Positions 6,552 through 15,071 are shown, counted from the stretch's first letter. The stretch: 26,077 nt of DNA from Chthoniobacteraceae bacterium (GCA_031409335.1 JANNWY010000102.1:1-26077), one strand, 5' to 3'. Notes: generated from the sequence alone by a model not told the origin. Program-made: numbers and translations.

Positions 6552-8424
6552 AGCCCTGCGCTTTTAAGACGCTCGGCGGCAATGGCGGTGCAGGCCGCGG
6601 CTCTTTCGCAAAACTATTCTGGATGATTGCCCATTCGCGCTCGCCAGCCGTGTAGATCAGCCAGAGCGCGATCGTTTTGATGAGGTGCGCGCAATTTCCC
6701 GCGTCGCTGATTTCCCATGATCCCGCCTGCGCGGTCGGGGCGCTCGCGCCGCTCGGGATGATGCCGGTTCGTTTCCAGATGCGGTGCCAGTAGTCGATCG
6801 AGCCGAGCGCGAGATTTTCCAGACGCTGCCGCACCCGCGCGGAGTTGCCGAGGAAATACACGGTCTGGGATTTGCCGTTGCAGCCGACGAAATAGCGACC
6901 GTGCTCGACGCCATTGATCCACTGCGACTGCCCCGGCGCGGCGGAGTAGGGGATGCGCGCTTCAGCGCACCAGCGCTCGCCCTCCGCGTGGGCGGAAACT
7001 GCTAGCAAAGCCGCTGCGCGATCGTTCGCGCCGGCGACTGAGCCATTCCGCTTGATCGTGATCTTGCCGGTGCGCACGTCCGGGGCCGCGGGCAGCGCAT
7101 GTTGGAATGTCAGCACGACCTCCGGCTTTGCGGACTCCACGAAGATGTGCAAATTGCGCGGGTCGGCGAGCAGCCACACGTCGTCGCCGTTGGTGGCGGC
7201 GAGCTTCACGAAGTTGGCCTCGCGTTTCGCATCCGTCGGCGGCGGCTCGTCCACGATCGGCACGCGCGTTTCGGCGGCGGATTTTCCACGCACATTGCCG
7301 TCCCAGAGTTCCCCGTCCGCCTTCAGCTCCGGCAGGAGGCCCGCCGCCGTCCATGAAATCCCAAGCCCGCGCGCGCCGAAAAAATTGCGCGAAGCGCTGG
7401 CGTAAAAATCCAGCGCCCCGGTGCCCTCGACGAATGTCGGCGGTCGCTGGAGATCAAAAAACCAGACACCGTATTCGTAGCCCGGCGCGTCGAAAAACAG
7501 CTCCATCGCCGCCTGATAACCGTGGCACCGCGCAATCGCATACGCTGCAAACCCACGCGGAAATTCTCCGCTGATCTGCGCCGCCGCCGTGGCCTGCCGG
7601 TAAAGCCACGCGAGCCCGTCGTCGTACGGAGGGATGCCATTTCCCTTTTGCTGAAACATGCCCGTGTAATACGGATTCATCGCCTCCGGCGAAAAGTCCG
7701 GCAGTTTGTAGCGGAGAAACGGGTCCGCGCGACCGGCGGAAAAAGCCGCGCCGATTTCGAGCCCCTGGATCGCGCCGCACGCCGCCGTCCGCGCTTCGTT
7801 CAACGCCTTCAGCGCCGCGGCCACCTGCGGATCGTGCGTCGTCAGCCAGACATCGAGCAGCGCATCCGCGATGTCCTGCGCGAGATGATTCGACCCCGTG
7901 AAGTATCCGTCCGGCAGCGGCTGCCCCGTCTTCCGATCGAACCCGCCACCGTCATCCCAGCCGCGCGGCGCCCAGCCTTTCATCGGCGCGGACCACGGTC
8001 GTTTGTCTTCCGCGGTCGGCTCCATTTTCGGGAAAAGGCGGTCGCTGTTGAGCAGGAGATTTGTGTAAAACGGCACCTGATATTTCTGCACGCGATCGAG
8101 CCACCCACCGTCGGGATCGGCGCGGTGCGCGGTGATCATCGCGCTCATGAACCACGCGCCATCGTGCATCGAATCCAGCCCGAACTCCTGAATCTGCCGC
8201 CCGTCTTTCCAGAACTCGTAAGTCATCCCAAACGTCTTCCGCTGCGGGTCCGTGACGACGTGATTTTTATACACGAAGTCCGCAAGTTCGCGCATGAACG
8301 CGACCAGCTTCTCGCGCGGCCACGCATTCGCATCCGGCGCGGTCGGGGCCGTGTAGGGAGCGGGTTCGGCGAAAGCGGCGGACGCCAGCGCGATGAAGGC
8401 GATGGCGAGACGGGCACGCGTCAT
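6544..8424 (-). CDS. Secreted hypothetical protein (~626 aa) with a possible CBM9-like module
   Basis: True start inferred at ATG 8424 (MTRARLAIAFIALASAAFA-EP, Sec signal), overlapping the rsmE stop as TGATG. The segment PPPTDAK...VWLLADPRNLHIFVES...WCAEARIPYSA resembles CBM9/DOMON-like motifs. Confidence 0.75.
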   Translation of the reverse strand: MTRARLAIAFIALASAAFAEPAPYTAPTAPDANAWPREKLVAFMRELADFVYKNHVVTDPQRKTFGMTYEFWKDGRQIQEFGLDSMHDGAWFMSAMITAHRADPDGGWLDRVQKYQVPFYTNLLLNSDRLFPKMEPTAEDKRPWSAPMKGWAPRGWDDGGGFDRKTGQPLPDGYFTGSNHLAQDIADALLDVWLTTHDPQVAAALKALNEARTAACGAIQGLEIGAAFSAGRADPFLRYKLPDFSPEAMNPYYTGMFQQKGNGIPPYDDGLAWLYRQATAAAQISGEFPRGFAAYAIARCHGYQAAMELFFDAPGYEYGVWFFDLQRPPTFVEGTGALDFYASASRNFFGARGLGISWTAAGLLPELKADGELWDGNVRGKSAAETRVPIVDEPPPTDAKREANFVKLAATNGDDVWLLADPRNLHIFVESAKPEVVLTFQHALPAAPDVRTGKITIKRNGSVAGANDRAAALLAVSAHAEGERWCAEARIPYSAAPGQSQWINGVEHGRYFVGCNGKSQTVYFLGNSARVRQRLENLALGSIDYWHRIWKRTGIIPSGASAPTAQAGSWEISDAGNCAHLIKTIALWLIYTAGEREWAIIQNSFAKEPRPAPPLPPSVLKAQGLP

Positions 8425-9167
8425 CAGGCCGCGCCGAAAAGCTCGTGCGAGAGCACGCTCAGACAGTAGATAGCCGCCGTCTCGGTCCGCAGGATGATCG
8501 GCCCGAGCGTGATCGGGCGGCAGCCTTCCGACTTCGCGAGATTGATTTCCGCAGGCGTGAAATCGCCCTCCGGCCCGACCAGGATGAGGACGCTCGCGGG
8601 CGGCGGGCCGTCGCGCTCGGCGAGCAGGGATTTCAGCGGCTTCGCGTCGGGCTGGAGCGAAGCGATGAGCATCAAATCGAAGTTCGGATTCGCTCCGAAA
8701 AATGTCTTCAGCGACACCGGCTTCTCCACGGCGGGAAGCCAGTTCTGCCCGCACTGCTTCGCCGCCTCCAGCACCACGCGCCGCCACTTTTGTTGCTTGG
8801 AAAGCGCCTCGTCTTCGTCGCACCGCACCACCGTCCGTTCCGACAGCAGCGGCACGATCCCGGACGCCCCGAGCTCCGTCGCCTTCTCCACGATCAACTC
8901 CATATTCTTCCCCTTCGGGATCGCCTGCCCGAGCACGATCCGGCAGCGCAGCGGCGCGCTCTTTGACTGCGCGATCTTTCGCACTTCCACCCGATTGCTT
9001 TTCGCCACCGTGATCTCCGCCGTCGCCTCATTTCCCTGCCCGTCGAAAATCACGATCTTCTCCCCCGCGTCCAGCCGCAACACCCCGATCGCATGGTGCG
9101 ACTCGCCCATGTCGAGCGCGAGTCGTTCGGAGTTCCAGTTGGCAGGTGGGAGAAAAAAGCGGTGCAT
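8424..9167 (-). CDS. rsmE: 16S rRNA (uracil-1498 N3)-methyltransferase
   Basis: MHRFF start, HHAIGVLRL, KATELG, EAAKQCG, ILVGPEGDFT and LGPIILRTETA are RsmE SPOUT motifs. Confidence 0.95.
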   Translation of the reverse strand: MHRFFLPPANWNSERLALDMGESHHAIGVLRLDAGEKIVIFDGQGNEATAEITVAKSNRVEVRKIAQSKSAPLRCRIVLGQAIPKGKNMELIVEKATELGASGIVPLLSERTVVRCDEDEALSKQQKWRRVVLEAAKQCGQNWLPAVEKPVSLKTFFGANPNFDLMLIASLQPDAKPLKSLLAERDGPPPASVLILVGPEGDFTPAEINLAKSEGCRPITLGPIILRTETAAIYCLSVLSHELFGAA

Positions 9168-9186
9168 GGCGGAAGATGGCGGGTCA

Positions 9187-9214
9187 CTCAACACTCCACT
9201 CTCAACACTCCACT
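9187..9214. repeat. Perfect 14-bp tandem duplication (CTCAACACTCCACT x2, heptamer-based)
   Basis: 9187-9200 equals 9201-9214; lies between the dnaJ stop and the rsmE start. Confidence 0.85.
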
Positions 9215-10346
9215 ACTTAAAAAACTCCTTCGCCTTGTCGAAAAAACTCCGGTGCATCGGCGAGTTGTCGTCGCCCATCAGCTCGGCGAATTCCTCCAGT
9301 TTTCGGCGCTGCTCGGAGTTCAGTTTCGTCGGCACTTCGACAAGCACGCGGACCATCAAGTCGCCGCGGGTGGTGGAATTCAACGTGGGAATGCCCTTGC
9401 TGCGCAGCTTGAAGACAGTCGCGCCCTGAGTCCCGGCGGGAATCTTGAGGTGCGCCTTGCCTTCGAGCGTGGGCACTTCGACTTCGCCGCCGAGCGAGGC
9501 GGTGGTGAAGGAGATCGGGATTTCGCAGAACAGCGCGTCGCCATCGCGCTCGAAAATCTCGTGTTCCTTGATGTGGATGACGACATAAAGATCGCCCGGC
9601 GGGCCGCCGCGGATGCCGGCCTCGCCGTTGCGCGAACTGCGCAGCCGCGAGCCGTCCTCGATTCCTGGCGGGATTTTCAGTTTGATCCGCGAGGTCAGCT
9701 CCGCGCGGCCTTCGCCGCCACATTTGCGGCACGGCCGCTCGATCACGGTGCCGGTGCCGCGGCAGCGTCCGCACGTTTGGGAGACTTGGAAAAATCCGCG
9801 CGAGCTGATGACCTGTCCGCGGCCGTTGCAGCCGGGGCAGGTGACGGCGCGCGAGCCCTGTTCCGCGCCGGTGCCTTCGCAGACCGCGCAGGCTTCGAGT
9901 TTGGAAACTTCGATCTCCTTGTCACACCCAAACGCCGCTTCCTCGAGGCCGATCTGCATGTCGTAGCGCAGGTCCGAGCCGCGCTGTTTTCCCTCGCGAT
10001 CGGCGCGCGCGCCGCCGCCCTGGGCTCCGCCAAACACGCCGCCGAAGACCTCGCGGAAGATGTCGAAAGGATCGTGCATCCCACCCGCGGCGCCGCCGCG
10101 CGGTCCCGCATTTCCCTGCGCGAATGCGCCGTGGCCAAAGCGGTCGTAAGCGGCGCGTTTGTCCCCGTCGCTCAGGATGTCGTAGGCCTCGCCGAGTTCC
10201 TTGAATTTCTCCTCCGCCGTGTGGTCGCCCGGATTTTTGTCCGGGTGAAATTTCACCGCGAGCTTGCGGTAGGAGCGTTTGATTTCCTCGCCGTTGGAAG
10301 TCCGCGTGACTTCGAGGATTTCGTAATAATCGCGCTTGGTGGCCAT
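9213..10346 (-). CDS. dnaJ: Molecular chaperone DnaJ (class A)
   Basis: J-domain with HPD, G/F region, and four CxxCxGxG repeats (CAVCEGTG, CPGCNGRG, CGRCRGTG, CRKCGGEG). Confidence 0.98.
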   Translation of the reverse strand: MATKRDYYEILEVTRTSNGEEIKRSYRKLAVKFHPDKNPGDHTAEEKFKELGEAYDILSDGDKRAAYDRFGHGAFAQGNAGPRGGAAGGMHDPFDIFREVFGGVFGGAQGGGARADREGKQRGSDLRYDMQIGLEEAAFGCDKEIEVSKLEACAVCEGTGAEQGSRAVTCPGCNGRGQVISSRGFFQVSQTCGRCRGTGTVIERPCRKCGGEGRAELTSRIKLKIPPGIEDGSRLRSSRNGEAGIRGGPPGDLYVVIHIKEHEIFERDGDALFCEIPISFTTASLGGEVEVPTLEGKAHLKIPAGTQGATVFKLRSKGIPTLNSTTRGDLMVRVLVEVPTKLNSEQRRKLEEFAELMGDDNSPMHRSFFDKAKEFFK

Positions 10347-10350
10347 CGGC

Positions 10351-10385
10351 GGGAATTGGGAATTAGGATTTAGGAATTAGGATTC
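10351..10385. repeat. Five imperfect heptamer tandem repeats
   Basis: GGGAATT GGGAATT AGGATTT AGGAATT AGGATTC in the grpE-dnaJ intergenic gap. Confidence 0.85.
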
Positions 10386-10402
10386 TTCCGGACGCTGGCC
10401 GG

Positions 10403-10933
10403 TTACTCCGCGTTCCCCTTCGACACCGTGACCGTCGCGGGCCGCAGCAAGCGGTCGCGCAGTTTGTAGCCTTTGCGGAGCTGCCGCACGATCATGCCTT
10501 CCGGCACCTCCGCGCTGGCTTCCTGCGCGACGGCTTCGTGGAGATTGGGGTCAAAATTTTCGCCCTCCGCTTTCACCTCATCGACGCCGACGGCGGTCAG
10601 GAAGTCGTTGAGTTGTTTGGAAACCATGTTCATCCCGAGGAGGATCGGGGAATCCTTTGCGTCATTGCGCGCGGCGTTGAGCCCGAGTTCGAAGTTATCC
10701 AGGATCGGCAGCAGCTTTTCGAGGAAGCTGGCGTTGGCGTATTTCGAGGCGTCCTCCTTTTCGCGCGCGGCGCGTTTGCGGAAGTTTTCAAAGTCGGCCT
10801 GGGTGCGGAGCGCGAGGTCTTTGAAACGCACGATGTCGCCCTGCATTTGCGCGAGGAGCGATTCCTCGGAGGCGTCGTCGGGCGTTTCAGCGGGCTGCGT
10901 GTCGGGCGTTTCGTCGGTGTTTTGTTCAGTCAT
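10403..10933 (-). CDS. grpE: Nucleotide exchange factor GrpE
   Basis: LRTQADFENFRKR, LLPILDNFE, FDPNLHEAV, GYKLRDRLLRPATV. Start set at ATG 10933 (MTEQN), with an ATGA overlap with the upstream stop. Confidence 0.96.
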   Translation of the reverse strand: MTEQNTDETPDTQPAETPDDASEESLLAQMQGDIVRFKDLALRTQADFENFRKRAAREKEDASKYANASFLEKLLPILDNFELGLNAARNDAKDSPILLGMNMVSKQLNDFLTAVGVDEVKAEGENFDPNLHEAVAQEASAEVPEGMIVRQLRKGYKLRDRLLRPATVTVSKGNAE

Positions 10934-12354
10934 TTCTTGCGGATTGCGATCAAAGTGATGTCGTCGTTTTGCGGACGCGCGCCGACGAATGTCCAAAGGT
11001 CATCGGTCAGTCGCGTGATCATTGCGGCCGCGCCTTCCGGCGCACTGGCCTGGATGGATTTGATCACGTTCTCCATCCCAAATTCCTCCCCGTTTTTATC
11101 GAGCGCCTCGGTCACGCCATCCGTGTAAAGGATGAGGCAATCACCGGCATCAAGGGTCAGGGAAAAATCGCCCGTGACTCTATTAAACACGTCTCCGCTG
11201 TCAATGCCGACGGCCATGCCCGGCGGGTTGATTTTCGAAACCGTGCGATCGCTGGCGCGGTAGAAAAGCGGCGCGTCGTGCCCGGCGCGGCTGAGCGTCA
11301 CGGTGGACGTGTGCTTGTCGAGAATCGCGTAGGCCATGCTGATGAACATGTCCTCCTTGATGTCGGGAAAAATCTGCGCGTTGACCTGATGCAACACGAC
11401 CGACGGCGATATCTGCGCCGAGGCCAGACTGCGCAGGACGCTGCGGCACATCGCCATGATGAGCGAGGCGGGCACGCCCTTTCCCGAGACATCGGCGACG
11501 ACGACGCCGAGATGCGAATCATCGACGGTGACGTAGTCGTAGTAGTCGCCGCTCACCTGCTTGGCCGGGATATTGATGCCGGCGATCTGGTAACCGGTGA
11601 ATTCCGGCGAACTCGACGGAAGCAGGATGCGCTGGATTTCGTAGGCGACTTGCAAATCCTGATCGAGCCGCTTTTTCTCCGCCGCCTCCGCGGCGATGAA
11701 GACGTTGTACAGCGCGAACGCCGATTGTTCCGCGATGGCTTTGAACGCCTGAAATTCGCCAGCCGTAAACGTCCCGCCCGGCGCGCGGCGGGTGACGGCG
11801 AGCAGGCCGATCTTTTTTCCGTGATAAATCAATGGCGCAACTACGACGGTCGCGGGTTTCTCCGCGGGGCCGGTGCCTTTTCCAAAATTGAGCCGAACGT
11901 CGTCGCCGGCCAGCAGCGTCGGCTCGCCCGCAGTCCACACCGAGCCGAGCACGCCATCCCACGGCGCGATCGCGTGCAGCCGGAGATGGCGATTGAGCGT
12001 CTCGGCGGAGGCCGCAAATTTGGCCGGCACTTCAAACAGCGCCGGGCAGTTTTTCGAGATGAATGCGGGCCGGAGCTGGCCGCTTTTCTCATTCGCGATG
12101 TAAAGCGCGCCACCCTGCGCATCGAGGATGCGCATCGCCCCTTCGACGATCAGCCGGTGCAGATCATCCGAGCGCGCATCCTCCGAAAGCGCGGTGCCGA
12201 GTCCGTGCAGGAAATCGAACACGCGCGTCTCTTCGAGCTGGATTTTCGCCCGCGCCGCCTCCAGCGCATCAATCTGCGCGCGCTGCCTGCGATAGACGAT
12301 GAAAAAGATGGCACCAAGCGCCGCCGCGAGACCCAGTGTGATGCCCGTCCACAT
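10930..12354 (-). CDS. Membrane-anchored GAF + SpoIIE (PP2C) phosphatase, RsbU-like
   Basis: N-terminal TM helix, GAF-like region, and SpoIIE motifs AYEIQRILLP, VSGDYYD, VVADVSGKG, RAGH, ILYTDGVTEA, NDDITL. Confidence 0.92.
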   Translation of the reverse strand: MWTGITLGLAAALGAIFFIVYRRQRAQIDALEAARAKIQLEETRVFDFLHGLGTALSEDARSDDLHRLIVEGAMRILDAQGGALYIANEKSGQLRPAFISKNCPALFEVPAKFAASAETLNRHLRLHAIAPWDGVLGSVWTAGEPTLLAGDDVRLNFGKGTGPAEKPATVVVAPLIYHGKKIGLLAVTRRAPGGTFTAGEFQAFKAIAEQSAFALYNVFIAAEAAEKKRLDQDLQVAYEIQRILLPSSSPEFTGYQIAGINIPAKQVSGDYYDYVTVDDSHLGVVVADVSGKGVPASLIMAMCRSVLRSLASAQISPSVVLHQVNAQIFPDIKEDMFISMAYAILDKHTSTVTLSRAGHDAPLFYRASDRTVSKINPPGMAVGIDSGDVFNRVTGDFSLTLDAGDCLILYTDGVTEALDKNGEEFGMENVIKSIQASAPEGAAAMITRLTDDLWTFVGARPQNDDITLIAIRKK

Positions 12355-12360
12355 TGACGA

Positions 12361-12855
12361 TCAGCGCGTGTGATGCAGATCCTGCTTCAGGTAATCGAGC
12401 ACATCCTTGAACTTCGCCTCATTCGCCGGGTTTGCCGCCACCACCGCCTCATGCGCTTCGATCATCGTCTCCGTGCGCGCCATTCTGCCTTCCTCGCTGG
12501 ACGGCAGCGTTTGGTCCGCAGCGCCCGGTTCCGGCGTTTGATCCATGGTGAAAAACCGGTCCAAACCCAAGCCGCCGAGCAGATCGCGATTGCGCTCGTT
12601 CAAATTCACCAAGCAAAGCTGCCCCGAGCCGAGCTCGCGCAGCCGCAGGGACATTCCGGTCAAAGTTCCCATGAACGTCGAATCCATCACCGGGCACTGT
12701 TTCAAGTCGATGACGAACTGCCGGTAGCCCCGATTGGTCATTTCCTTGCTGAATTGCATCAGCCCCGTGCTGTTTGAAAACGAACCCTTCCCCTCGACGC
12801 GCACCCAAACAGTGCGATTCGAGACGCCGACGAGGATGGAAGGTGGAGCGATCAC
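12361..12855 (-). CDS. STAS-domain anti-sigma-factor antagonist (RsbV/SpoIIAA-like)
   Basis: VRVEGKG...VIDLKQCPVMDSTFMGTL...LGLDRFF. The Ser of MDST is at the canonical phosphorylation position. GTG start. Confidence 0.88.
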   Translation of the reverse strand: MIAPPSILVGVSNRTVWVRVEGKGSFSNSTGLMQFSKEMTNRGYRQFVIDLKQCPVMDSTFMGTLTGMSLRLRELGSGQLCLVNLNERNRDLLGGLGLDRFFTMDQTPEPGAADQTLPSSEEGRMARTETMIEAHEAVVAANPANEAKFKDVLDYLKQDLHHTR

Positions 12856-12964
12856 GGATGCTTATATTGATTCTCGCAAATTTAGATAACGCAACTTTGA
12901 CGCCAAATCCCGGAAACTTGTTCAAGTCCTTGCGGATCGCTTTCGCGCTTTCCCATCGTCGAGG

Positions 12965-13480
12965 TCAGTTCCAGAGGAACGATTGATTGAGCCCCACGAT
13001 CTTCCCGTTTTCGATCAGCAGCGCCCGCCACGCGGTCACCTTCCCCTCGTCCATGAAATCGTCGCCGATGATGTTGAATTCCGATTTGAATGAACCCTTT
13101 GCGGCCGGATACGTCCGCTCCCGTGCCTGCACATACGAGCCGAGATTTGCCTGCCGATATTCAAAGCGCATCGTGAGATCGGTCTTCCGCGAGGTGCGCC
13201 AGAAGAAGCTGAAATACTGGCCGTAGCGCTCGCGCCGATCGTTGCTGGTGATCGCGCCGAAAAACACCCGCTGGCGCTCGAAGGTGATCATCTCCTCCTG
13301 CGACACCACGGGTTTCGTGATCGCGGGATCGTTGAAGTAAATTTTGGTCTTCCGGAACTGGACGGAGTCGTCCAAGGCAAGCGGCAGGACCCGCGCCTTG
13401 TCGAGCAGCCGCGGCGGCGGCGCGCTCCATCCGGTCGCGGCAAATGCGAGCACCGCGAGCTGAAATAGGAACCTTTTCAT
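12965..13480 (-). CDS. Secreted hypothetical protein (171 aa)
   Basis: Start moved to ATG 13480 (MKRFLFQLAVLAFAATGWS-A, signal peptide). The upstream 81 codons of the called ORF look non-coding. Function not recognised. Confidence 0.75.
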   Translation of the reverse strand: MKRFLFQLAVLAFAATGWSAPPPRLLDKARVLPLALDDSVQFRKTKIYFNDPAITKPVVSQEEMITFERQRVFFGAITSNDRRERYGQYFSFFWRTSRKTDLTMRFEYRQANLGSYVQARERTYPAAKGSFKSEFNIIGDDFMDEGKVTAWRALLIENGKIVGLNQSFLWN

Positions 13481-13488
13481 TGCGCGGA

Positions 13489-13518
13489 TAAATAATCGCC
13501 CGGCAGTTGGAGTGTCAA
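13489..13518 (-). promoter_or_regulatory. Candidate sigma70-type promoter (TTGACA; weak -10 TTATTT/TATTTA)
   Basis: Plus strand TGTCAA at 13513-13518, 33-38 nt upstream of ATG 13480, suggesting a short or absent leader. Confidence 0.4.
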
Positions 13519-13799
13519 ACAAAGCACTCCACAATCTGCCTACCGCACAAGACGCTCCGTTCGCCGCTGGAGCCGGTGGAAAGTTTCGGGCGCACTGATG
13601 TAGTGCGCCGCAAATTGTGAACAGCAGGCGTGCGGGCCTGTGGATGATGGGTGGATGCGAAACGCACCGAGAGTCGAATTTGAACGTGGAAGACAGAAAA
13701 CCCGCCCCCAGCAAACTCCGCACTCCACATTCACCGCAAAGCCGCGAAATCCGCGGTTCCCGTTGCCGAATCTAGGATAAAATGTGGCGCACTGAACTA

Positions 13800-14138
13800 T
13801 ACTGCCCGGCGTCACAATTTGTGATTTCCGGGTTAGCGGTTCGGGGGTGTTTGAAGACAGCCATTTCAGCCAGACTGAAGGGCTGAGACATCCCAGCCCA
13901 GGGCAACGCCCTGGGTTTGGGAATCGAAAAGGCGAGCCCTGACAGGGCGGGACAGGGGCTTCGCGCAAGGATGGTCGCGCCGATTCAGGGCTTGGCCGTT
14001 TTCCGATCAATCCCCAGGGCGTTGCCCTGGGCTGGCTTGTTTCGGCTCTTCGAGCCTATGGACCGAGCTTACACGTAAGCCTTGAAAGTCAGCGCGACCT
14101 CCGACCTCAAAATTCACAATTTGTGATGACGGGCAGTA
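13800..14138. mobile_element. 339-bp non-autonomous MITE with ~28-bp TIRs and TA target duplication (IS630/Tc1-mariner-like signature)
   Basis: Left end TACTGCCCGGCGTCACAATTTGTGATTT vs reverse-complemented right end TACTGCCCGTCATCACAAATTGTGAATT (24/28). TA at 13798-13799 and 14139-14140; the empty site reads GAAC-TA-GTTC (CTAG core). No transposase. Confidence 0.75.
13872..14057. repeat. REP-like composite palindrome nested in the MITE
   Basis: Perfect 23-bp inverted repeat CCAGCCCAGGGCAACGCCCTGGG (13893-13915) / 14013-14035, each arm self-palindromic. Inner pair AGCCCTGACAGGGCG (13935-13949) / CGCCGATTCAGGGCT (13978-13992). Degenerate outer arms. Confidence 0.85.
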
Positions 14139-14164
14139 TAGTTCGGGCGAATCACTGGCTTGTG

Positions 14165-15061
14165 TCAGCCTACGACGTTTCCAGCCGGTTGTTTGCGTCC
14201 GGCGATCCACAAGGCGAGGATGAAAAGCATGAGCAGCGTGATCCCGAGAGCGGCACCGAACGGCGGATTTCGTGCGGCCAGGAATTGATTTTGAATCACA
14301 TTGCCAAGCATCGGCACCTGGCCGCCACCCATCAGTTCCGCGATGGCAAACATCGCGATCGAAGGCACGAACACGAGCAGCGCGCCAGCCACGATGCCCG
14401 GGCGCGTGAGCGGGATGACCACTTGCTGAAATGCCCGCACTGGCCCCGCGCCAAGATCGAAGGCAGCCTCCATCAGTGAGTTGTCCAGCTTCTCCACGCT
14501 GCCGTAGATCGGCAGGATCATGAACGGCAGATAGGAATAGACGAGGCCGATGATGACGGCATACGGCGTGTAGAGCAGCGACCAGGGTTCGCTAATCACG
14601 CGCACATACATGAGCAACCCATTCATCATGCCTTCATCGGCGAGAATGTTCACCCACGCATAAGTGCGGATCAGGAAGCTCGTCCAGAATGGCACCATGA
14701 TGAGGATGAGCAGACGATTGCGGCGGGCCTCATCGGCGCGACCGATGTAGTAGGCCACCGGGAATCCGATGAGGATGCAGAGTGCTGTGGTCAGCCCCGC
14801 GTAACCCAGCGAACGACCGAAGATTTTCAGGTAACCTTCCGTCGGATCGAAGATGCGCCGGTAGTGCTCCGTGGTGAATGCATACCGCACCATCTCGCCC
14901 TCGCCCGGCTCGCAAAACGAATACACCGCGAGGATGCCTGTCGGCACGATGACGAAGGCGAGCAGCCACAGGACCATCGGCGAAAGCAGCAGCCATCCGC
15001 GCCAGCCGGGCGAACGCTGGTGTCCCTTGTTGACGGGAGTAGTGACGATGGCTGCGGCCAT
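14165..15061 (-). CDS. potB: Spermidine/putrescine ABC transporter permease (PotB-like)
   Basis: IGFPVAYYI, PFWTSFLIRTYAW, YSYLPFMILPIY, and EAA loop EAAFDLGA. Confidence 0.9.
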   Translation of the reverse strand: MAAAIVTTPVNKGHQRSPGWRGWLLLSPMVLWLLAFVIVPTGILAVYSFCEPGEGEMVRYAFTTEHYRRIFDPTEGYLKIFGRSLGYAGLTTALCILIGFPVAYYIGRADEARRNRLLILIMVPFWTSFLIRTYAWVNILADEGMMNGLLMYVRVISEPWSLLYTPYAVIIGLVYSYLPFMILPIYGSVEKLDNSLMEAAFDLGAGPVRAFQQVVIPLTRPGIVAGALLVFVPSIAMFAIAELMGGGQVPMLGNVIQNQFLAARNPPFGAALGITLLMLFILALWIAGRKQPAGNVVG

Positions 15062-15071
15062 TTGCGCGCCG

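Noticed and set aside
8425..8823. N-terminal 133 aa of the 759-aa ORF
   Set aside because: Out-of-frame overlap with rsmE; a signal peptide begins at ATG 8424.
9093..12357. Plus-strand ORFs of 426 and 462 aa
   Set aside because: Antisense shadows of dnaJ and the SpoIIE phosphatase.
13508..13531. TGGAGTG-N10-CACTCCA as a CIRCE element
   Set aside because: Half-sites are in the reverse order and wrong spacing relative to TTAGCACTC-N9-GAGTGCTAA.
13588..13615. GGGCGCACTGATGTAGTGCGCCGCAAAT as a dif site
   Set aside because: No XerD arm resembling TTATGTTAAAT.
13872..14057. Palindromic repeats as a CRISPR array
   Set aside because: Copies are inverted rather than direct, with no regular spacers and no cas genes.
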